A stretch of DNA of 64,000 nt from the human T2T-CHM13v2.0 reference genome, Homo sapiens: NCBI RefSeq assembly GCF_009914755.1, contig NC_060929.1; one strand, given 5' to 3'. This document shows positions 55,301 through 64,000 of this stretch, in pieces (positions within the stretch are counted from its first letter, which is position 1; each line of letters begins with the position of its first letter). The notes under the pieces were generated by a model. The model made no database searches. It was not told the DNA's origin and was given only the letters and a program-made list of their open reading frames with translations. The position numbers and the translations under genes are program-made.

Positions 55301-56800
55301 GTGTTCAATTCACAGAGTTGAAACTTTCCTTTGACAGAGCAGGTTTGAAACACTGCTTCTGTAGAATCTGCTTGTGGATATTGGGAGCTCCTTGAGGAAT
55401 ACGTTGTAAAAGGCATATCTTCACATACAAACTAAACAGAAGCATTCTCAGAAACTGCTTTGTGATGTGTGCATTCAACTCACAGAGGTGAACCTTCCAT
55501 TTGAGAGAGCAGTGTTGAAACGGTCTTTTTGTAGTATCTTCAAGTGGATATTTGGAGCGATTTGAGGCCTATGATGGAAAAGGAAATATCTTCACATACA
55601 AACTAGACAGAAGCATTCTCAGAAACTTTTTTGTGATGTGTGCATTCAACCCACAGAGTTGAACCTTCCTTTTGAGAGAGCAGTGTTGAAACGGTCTTTT
55701 GTAGTATCTGCAAGTGGATATTTGGAGCGATTTGAAGCCTATGATGGAAAAGGAAATATCTTCACATACAAACTAGACAGAAGCATTCTCAGAAACTGCT
55801 TTGTGATGTGTGCATTCAACCGACAGATTTGATCTTTCCTTTGGAGAGGGAGGTTTTGAAACAGTCTTTTTGTAGTATCTGCAAGTGGATATTTGTAGTG
55901 ACTTGGGGCCTCAGGTGGAAAAGGAAATACCTTCACATACAAAGTAGACAGAAGTATTCTCAGAAACTCCATTGTGATGTGTGCACTCAACTCACAGAGT
56001 TGAACCTTCCTTTTGAGAGAGCAGTTTTGAAACAGTCTTTTTGTAACGTCTGCAGGTGGATATTTGGAGCGATTCGTGTAGTATGATGGAAAAGGAAATA
56101 TCTTCACATACAAACGAAACAGAAGCATTCTCAGAAACTTCTTGTGATGTGTGCGTTCACCTAGCAGAGTGGAACCGTTCTTTTGATAGAGCCGTTTTGA
56201 ATCAGTCTTTTGGTAGGACCTGCAAGTTTTCATTTGGAGCGCTTTGAAGCCCATGGTGGAAAAGGGACTATCTTCACAAAAAACTAGGCAGAAGCCTTCT
56301 CAGGAACTTCATTGAGATGTGTGCATTCAACTAACAGAGTTGAAACTGTCTTTTGACAGAGGAGGAATGAAACACTCCTTTTGTAGTATCTGATTGTGTA
56401 TATTTGGAACTCTTTGAGTTATTCGTTGGAAACGGGTATCTTCACATAAAAAGTAGACCCAAGCATTCTCAGAAGGTTCTTTGTGATGTGGGCGTTCGAC
56501 TCACAGACTTGAAACTTTCTTTTGATAGAGCAGTGTTGAAACACACTTTTTGTAGAATCCACAAGTATTCCTTTGGAGCGCTTTGTTGCCTATGTGGGAA
56601 AAAGGAATATCTTCACTTAAAAACTAGACAGAAGCATTCTCTGAAACTCCTCTGTGAAGTGTGTGTTCAATTCACATCGTTGAACCTTTCTTTTGATAGA
56701 GCAGTGTTGAAACATACTTTTTGTAGAATCTGCAAGTGTCCATTTCGAGTTCTTTTGTGCGTATGTTGGAAAAAGTGATATCTTCACCTGAAAAATAGAC
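46400..56800 (+). repeat. Two-HOR (30-monomer, 5116-bp) super-repeat: copies 19-20 duplicated as 21-22
   Basis: Alternating A-B-A-B variant sets; ORF track shows the 90-aa variant at 46757 and 51873 and the 'CLRGKK' variant at 48730 and 53846, both 5116 apart. Boundaries approximate. Confidence 0.88.
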
Positions 56801-56809
56801 AGAAGCATT

Positions 56810-59800
56810 CCAGAAACTGCTTTGTAACATATGCATTCAACTCACAGTGTTGAACCTTCCTTTTGAGAGAGCGGTTTTGAAACAGTCTTTTTGTAGTATC
56901 TGCAAGTGGATATTTGCAGTGATTTGAGGCCGAAGAAGGAAAAGGAAATACCTTCAAATAAAAAACTAGACGGAAGCATTTTCAGAAACTGCCTTGTGAT
57001 GTGTGCATTCAACTCACAGAGTTGAACCTTCCTTTTGAGAGAGAAGTTTTGAAACAGTCTTTTTGTAGTATTTGCAAGTGGATATTTGGAGCGATTTGTG
57101 GAGTATGGTGGAAAATGAAATACCTTCACATACAAAGTAGACAGAAGCATTCTCAGAAACTGCTTTGTGATGTGTGCATTTAAGTCACAGACTTGAAACT
57201 TCCTTTAGGTAGAGCAGTGTTGAAACACACTTTTTGTATAATCTACAAGTGTTCTTTGGAGTGCTTTGTTGCCTATGTTGGAAAAAGAAATATCTTCACA
57301 TAAAAACTAGACAGAAGCATTCTCAGAAACTCCTTTGTGATGGGTTTGTTCAATTCACATTGTTGAACCTTTCTTTTGATACAGCAGGGTTGAAACAAAC
57401 ATTTTGTAGAATCTGCAAGGGTTCATTTCAAATGCTTTGTGGCCTATGTTGGAAAAAGTGATATCTTCACCTAAAAAATAGACAGAAGCATTCTCAGGAA
57501 CTGCTTTGTAATATGTGCATTCAACTCACAGAGTTGAACCTTCCTTTTGAGAGAGCGGTTTTGAAACAGTCTTTTTGTAGTATCTGCAAGTGGATATTTG
57601 GAGCGATTTGAGGTCTAAGAAGGAAAAGGAAGTACCTTCAAATAAAAACTAGACAGAAGCTTTCTCAGAAACTGCTTTGTGATGTGTGCATTTAACTCAA
57701 AGTCTTGATCCTTACTTTTGTTAGAGCAGTGTTGAAACACACTTTTTGTAGAACCTGGTAGTGTTCATTTGGAGAGATTTGTTGCCTATGGTGGAAAAAG
57801 GATTATCTTCTCTTAAAAACTAGACAGAAGCATTCTTAGAAACTGCTTTGTGATGTGTGTGTTCAATTCACAGAGTTGAAACTTTCCTTTGACAGAGCAG
57901 GTTTGAAACACTGCTTCTGTAGAATCTGCTTGTGGATATTGGGAGCTCCTTGAGGAATACATTGTAAAAGGCATATCCTCACATACAAACTAAACAGAAG
58001 CATTCTCAGAAACTGCTTTGTGATGTGTGCATTCAACTCACAGAGTTGAACCTTCCATTTGAGAGAGCAGTGTTGAAACGATCTTTTTGTAGTATCTTCA
58101 ATTGGATATTTGGAGCGATTTGAGGCCTATGATGGAAAAGGAAATATCTTCACATACAAACTAGACAGAAGCATTCTCAGAAACTGCTTTGTGATGTGTG
58201 CATTCAACCCACAGAGTTGAACCTTCCTTTTGAGAGAGCAGTGTTGAAACGGTCTTTTGTAGTATCTGCAAGTGGATATTTGGAGCGATTTGAAGCCTAT
58301 GATGGAAAAGGAAATATCTTCACATACAAACTAGACAGAAGCATTCTCAGAAACTGCTTTGTGATGTGTGCATTCAACCGACAGATTTGAACTTTCCTTT
58401 GGAGAGGGAGGTTTTGAAACAGTCTTTTTGTAGTATCTGCAAGTGGATATTTGTAGTGACTTGGGGCCTCAGGTGGAAAAGGAAATACCTTCACATACAA
58501 AGTAGACAGAAGTATTCTCAGAAACTCCATTGTGATGTGTGCACTCAACTCACAGAGTTGAACCTTCCTTTTGAGAGAGCAGTTTTGAAACAGTCTTTTT
58601 GTAACGTCTGCAGGTGGATATTTGGAGCGATTCGTGTAGTATGATGGAAAAGGAAATATCTTCACATACAAACGAAACAGAAGCATTCTCAGAAACTTCT
58701 TGTGATGTGTGCGTTCACCTAACAGAGTGGAACCGTTCTTTTGATAGAGCCGTTTTGAATCAGTCTTTTGGTAGGACCTGCAAGTTTTCATTTGGAGCGC
58801 TTTGAAGCCCATGGTGGAAAAGGGACTATCTTCACAAAAAACTAGGCAGAAGCCTTCTCAGGAACTTCATTGAGATGTGTGCATTCAACTAACAGAGTTG
58901 AAACTGTCTTTTGACAGAGGAGGAATGAAACACTCCTTTTGTAGTATCTGATTGTGTATATTTGGAACTCTTTGAGTTATTCGTTGGAAACGGGTATCTT
59001 CACATAAAAAGTAGACCCAAGCATTCTCAGAAGGTTCTTTGTGATGTGGGCGTTCAACTCACAGACTTGAAACTTTCTTTTGATAGAGCAGTGTTGAAAC
59101 ACACTTTTTGTAGAATCCAGAAGTATTCGTTTGGAGTGCTTTGTTGCCTATGTGGGAAAAAGGAATATCTTCACTTAAAAACTAGACAGAAGCATTCTCT
59201 GAAACTCCTCTGTGAAGTGTGTGTTCAATTCACATCGTTGAACCTTTCTTTTGATAGAGCAGTGTTGAAACATACTTTTTGTAGAATCTGCAAGTGTCCA
59301 TTTCGAGTTCTTTTGTGCGTATGTTGGAAAAAGTGATATCTTCACCTGAAAAATAGACAGAAGCATTCCAGAAACTGCTTTGTAACATATGCATTCAACT
59401 CACAGTGTTGAACCTTCCTTTTGAGAGAGCGGTTTTGAAACAGTCTTTTTGTAGTATCTGCAAGTGGATATTTGCAGTGATTTGAGGCCGAAGAAGGAAA
59501 AGGAAATACCTTCAAATAAAAAACTAGACGGAAGCATTTTCAGAAACTGCCTTGTGATGTGTGCATTCAACTCACAGAGTTGAACCTTCCTTTTGAGAGA
59601 GAAGTTTTGAAACAGTCTTTTTGTAGTATTTGCAAGTGGATATTTGGAGCGATTTGTGGAGTATGGTGGAAAATGAAATACCTTCACATACAAAGTAGAC
59701 AGAAGCATTCTCAGAAACTGCTTTGTGATGTGTGCATTTAAGTCACAGACTTGAAACTTCCTTTAGGTAGAGCAGTGTTGAAACACACTTTTTGTATAAT

Positions 59801-62800
59801 CTACAAGTGTTCTTTGGAGTGCTTTGTTGCCTATGTTGGAAAAAGAAATATCTTCACATAAAAACTAGACAGAAGCATTCTCAGAAACTCCTTTGTGATG
59901 GGTTTGTTCAATTCACATTGTTGAACCTTTCTTTTGATACAGCAGGGTTGAAACAAACATTTTGTAGAATCTGCAAGGGTTCATTTCAAATGCTTTGTGG
60001 CCTATGTTGGAAAAAGTGATATCTTCACCTAAAAAATAGACAGAAGCATTCTCAGGAACTGCTTTGTAATATGTGCATTCAACTCACAGAGTTGAACCTT
60101 CCTTTTGAGAGAGCGGTTTTGAAACAGTCTTTTTGTAGTATCTGCAAGTGGATATTTGGAGCGATTTGAGGTCTAAGAAGGAAAAGGAAGTACCTTCAAA
60201 TAAAAACTAGACAGAAGCTTTCTCAGAAACTGCTTTGTGATGTGTGCATTTAACTCAAAGTCTTGATCCTTACTTTTGTTAGAGCAGTGTTGAAACACAC
60301 TTTTTGTAGAACCTGGTAGTGTTCATTTGGAGAGATTTGTTGCCTATGGTGGAAAAAGGATTATCTTCTCTTAAAAACTAGACAGAAGCATTCTTAGAAA
60401 CTGCTTTGTGATGTGTGTGTTCAATTCACAGAGTTGAAACTTTCCTTTGACAGAGCAGGTTTGAAACACTGCTTCTGTAGAATCTGCTTGTGGATATTGG
60501 GAGCTCCTTGAGGAATACATTGTAAAAGGCATATCCTCACATACAAACTAAACAGAAGCATTCTCAGAAACTGCTTTGTGATGTGTGCATTCAACTCACA
60601 GAGTTGAACCTTCCATTTGAGAGAGCAGTGTTGAAACGATCTTTTTGTAGTATCTTCAATTGGATATTTGGAGCGATTTGAGGCCTATGATGGAAAAGGA
60701 AATATCTTCACATACAAACTAGACAGAAGCATTCTCAGAAACTGCTTTGTGATGTGTGCATTCAACCCACAGAGTTGAACCTTCCTTTTGAGAGAGCAGT
60801 GTTGAAACGGTCTTTTGTAGTATCTGCAAGTGGATATTTGGAGCGATTTGAAGCCTATGATGGAAAAGGAAATATCTTCACATACAAACTAGACAGAAGC
60901 ATTCTCAGAAACTGCTTTGTGATGTGTGCATTCAACCGACAGATTTGAACTTTCCTTTGGAGAGGGAGGTTTTGAAACAGTCTTTTTGTAGTATCTGCAA
61001 GTGGATATTTGTAGTGACTTGGGGCCTCAGGTGGAAAAGGAAATACCTTCACATACAAAGTAGACAGAAGTATTCTCAGAAACTCCATTGTGATGTGTGC
61101 ACTCAACTCACAGAGTTGAACCTTCCTTTTGAGAGAGCAGTTTTGAAACAGTCTTTTTGTAACGTCTGCAGGTGGATATTTGGAGCGATTCGTGTAGTAT
61201 GATGGAAAAGGAAATATCTTCACATACAAACGAAACAGAAGCATTCTCAGAAACTTCTTGTGATGTGTGCGTTCACCTAACAGAGTGGAACCGTTCTTTT
61301 GATAGAGCCGTTTTGAATCAGTCTTTTGGTAGGACCTGCAAGTTTTCATTTGGAGCGCTTTGAAGCCCATGGTGGAAAAGGGACTATCTTCACAAAAAAC
61401 TAGGCAGAAGCCTTCTCAGGAACTTCATTGAGATGTGTGCATTCAACTAACAGAGTTGAAACTGTCTTTTGACAGAGGAGGAATGAAACACTCCTTTTGT
61501 AGTATCTGATTGTGTATATTTGGAACTCTTTGAGTTATTCGTTGGAAACGGGTATCTTCACATAAAAAGTAGACCCAAGCATTCTCAGAAGGTTCTTTGT
61601 GATGTGGGCGTTCAACTCACAGACTTGAAACTTTCTTTTGATAGAGCAGTGTTGAAACACACTTTTTGTAGAATCCAGAAGTATTCGTTTGGAGTGCTTT
61701 GTTGCCTATGTGGGAAAAAGGAATATCTTCACTTAAAAACTAGACAGAAGCATTCTCTGAAACTCCTCTGTGAAGTGTGTGTTCAATTCACATCGTTGAA
61801 CCTTTCTTTTGATAGAGCAGTGTTGAAACATACTTTTTGTAGAATCTGCAAGTGTCCATTTCGAGTTCTTTTGTGCGTATGTTGGAAAAAGTGATATCTT
61901 CACCTGAAAAATAGACAGAAGCATTCCAGAAACTGCTTTGTAACATATGCATTCAACTCACAGTGTTGAACCTTCCTTTTGAGAGAGCGGTTTTGAAACA
62001 GTCTTTTTGTAGTATCTGCAAGTGGATATTTGCAGTGATTTGAGGCCGAAGAAGGAAAAGGAAATACCTTCAAATAAAAAACTAGACGGAAGCATTTTCA
62101 GAAACTGCCTTGTGATGTGTGCATTCAACTCACAGAGTTGAACCTTCCTTTTGAGAGAGAAGTTTTGAAACAGTCTTTTTGTAGTATTTGCAAGTGGATA
62201 TTTGGAGCGATTTGTGGAGTATGGTGGAAAATGAAATACCTTCACATACAAAGTAGACAGAAGCATTCTCAGAAACTGCTTTGTGATGTGTGCATTTAAG
62301 TCACAGACTTGAAACTTCCTTTAGGTAGAGCAGTGTTGAAACACACTTTTTGTATAATCTACAAGTGTTCTTTGGAGTGCTTTGTTGCCTATGTTGGAAA
62401 AAGAAATATCTTCACATAAAAACTAGACAGAAGCATTCTCAGAAACTCCTTTGTGATGGGTTTGTTCAATTCACATTGTTGAACCTTTCTTTTGATACAG
62501 CAGGGTTGAAACAAACATTTTGTAGAATCTGCAAGGGTTCATTTCAAATGCTTTGTGGCCTATGTTGGAAAAAGTGATATCTTCACCTAAAAAATAGACA
62601 GAAGCATTCTCAGGAACTGCTTTGTAATATGTGCATTCAACTCACAGAGTTGAACCTTCCTTTTGAGAGAGCGGTTTTGAAACAGTCTTTTTGTAGTATC
62701 TGCAAGTGGATATTTGGAGCGATTTGAGGTCTAAGAAGGAAAAGGAAGTACCTTCAAATAAAAACTAGACAGAAGCTTTCTCAGAAACTGCTTTGTGATG

Positions 62801-64000
62801 TGTGCATTTAACTCAAAGTCTTGATCCTTACTTTTGTTAGAGCAGTGTTGAAACACACTTTTTGTAGAACCTGGTAGTGTTCATTTGGAGAGATTTGTTG
62901 CCTATGGTGGAAAAAGGATTATCTTCTCTTAAAAACTAGACAGAAGCATTCTTAGAAACTGCTTTGTGATGTGTGTGTTCAATTCACAGAGTTGAAACTT
63001 TCCTTTGACAGAGCAGGTTTGAAACACTGCTTCTGTAGAATCTGCTTGTGGATATTGGGAGCTCCTTGAGGAATACATTGTAAAAGGCATATCCTCACAT
63101 ACAAACTAAACAGAAGCATTCTCAGAAACTGCTTTGTGATGTGTGCATTCAACTCACAGAGTTGAACCTTCCATTTGAGAGAGCAGTGTTGAAACGATCT
63201 TTTTGTAGTATCTTCAATTGGATATTTGGAGCGATTTGAGGCCTATGATGGAAAAGGAAATATCTTCACATACAAACTAGACAGAAGCATTCTCAGAAAC
63301 TGCTTTGTGATGTGTGCATTCAACCCACAGAGTTGAACCTTCCTTTTGAGAGAGCAGTGTTGAAACGGTCTTTTGTAGTATCTGCAAGTGGATATTTGGA
63401 GCGATTTGAAGCCTATGATGGAAAAGGAAATATCTTCACATACAAACTAGACAGAAGCATTCTCAGAAACTGCTTTGTGATGTGTGCATTCAACCGACAG
63501 ATTTGAACTTTCCTTTGGAGAGGGAGGTTTTGAAACAGTCTTTTTGTAGTATCTGCAAGTGGATATTTGTAGTGACTTGGGGCCTCAGGTGGAAAAGGAA
63601 ATACCTTCACATACAAAGTAGACAGAAGTATTCTCAGAAACTCCATTGTGATGTGTGCACTCAACTCACAGAGTTGAACCTTCCTTTTGAGAGAGCAGTT
63701 TTGAAACAGTCTTTTTGTAACGTCTGCAGGTGGATATTTGGAGCGATTCGTGTAGTATGATGGAAAAGGAAATATCTTCACATACAAACGAAACAGAAGC
63801 ATTCTCAGAAACTTCTTGTGATGTGTGCGTTCACCTAACAGAGTGGAACCGTTCTTTTGATAGAGCCGTTTTGAATCAGTCTTTTGGTAGGACCTGCAAG
63901 TTTTCATTTGGAGCGCTTTGAAGCCCATGGTGGAAAAGGGACTATCTTCACAAAAAACTAGGCAGAAGCCTTCTCAGGAACTTCATTGAGATGTGTGCAT
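56810..64000 (+). repeat. HOR haplotype block: copies 23-25, near identical
   Basis: Shared AACATATGC, TACCTTCACATACAAAGTAG in m5, CAGGGTTG, TTTGTGGCC, GAATACATTG, ATCCTCAC, AACGATCT; downstream ORF translations identical across the three copies. Confidence 0.88.
61537..61553 (+). promoter_or_regulatory. CENP-B box, last complete copy in the window
   Basis: ATTCGTTGGAAACGGGT, identical to the copy at 154-170. Confidence 0.95.

Larger units (their letters stand above)
1..64000 (+). repeat. Alpha satellite (alphoid) higher-order repeat array, 15-mer HOR of ~2558 bp, 25 full copies, centromeric/pericentromeric
   Basis: Canonical alphoid motifs (CATTCTCAGAAACTGCTTTGTGATGTGTGCATTCAACTCACAGAGTTGAAC, TTTGAAACA, TCTGCAAGTGGATATTTGGA, AAACTAGACAGAAG) recur every 169-171 bp. 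Near-exact repetition every 2556-2558 bp is confirmed by the ORF track period (131, 2689, 5247...). HOR starts in window phase: 1, 2559, 5117, 7675, 10233, 12791, 15349, 17907, 20465, 23023, 25581, 28137, 30694, 33252, 35808, 38366, 40923, 43480, 46037, 48594, 51152, 53710, 56268, 58826, 61384, 63942 (partial). The array runs off both window ends. Confidence 0.99.

Noticed and set aside
131-63928. Recurring 60-171 aa ORFs on both strands (e.g. 126 aa at 131..511, 171 aa at 2030..2545)
   Set aside because: They are translations of alphoid monomers, overlap in conflicting frames, mostly start at GTG/TTG or chance ATG, resemble no protein family I recognise, and are freely broken by indels and stops in some copies (25711, 33382, 35279-35794).
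1-64000. CRISPR-like alternation of conserved and variable segments
   Set aside because: The variable parts are homologous diverged monomer sequence repeating every 2558 bp, not unique spacers; no cas genes; this is eukaryotic satellite.
1-64000. Embedded L1/Alu insertion, inversion or monomer-number HOR variant
   Set aside because: All 25 HOR spacings are 2556-2558 bp with constant orientation, leaving no room for such events.
1-64000. Specific centromeric ncRNA gene or promoter
   Set aside because: Alpha satellite can be transcribed, but nothing in the sequence marks a discrete transcription unit.

Overview
The whole 64 kb window is one uninterrupted, head-to-tail array of primate (human-type) alpha satellite DNA in a single orientation. 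~171-bp monomers are organised as a 15-monomer higher-order repeat (HOR) of 2556-2558 bp: 25 complete copies plus 59 bp of a 26th. I see no genes, transposon insertions, inversions or monomer-number variants; every ORF in the track is a by-product of the repeat. Each HOR has only one intact CENP-B box, one decayed B-like box and mostly pJalpha/A-type boxes, which is more typical of SF5/SF4-like flanking ('inactive') HORs than of the CENP-B-dense active SF1-3 arrays (chromosome not determinable by eye). The informative signal is evolutionary: internal duplications inside the 15-mer, a homogeneous left half versus a mosaic right half, local HOR haplotype blocks (two triplets and a 5116-bp two-HOR super-repeat), a variant-dense junction tract, and short apparent out-of-register conversion tracts. 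I found no evidence of a new protein-coding or RNA system.
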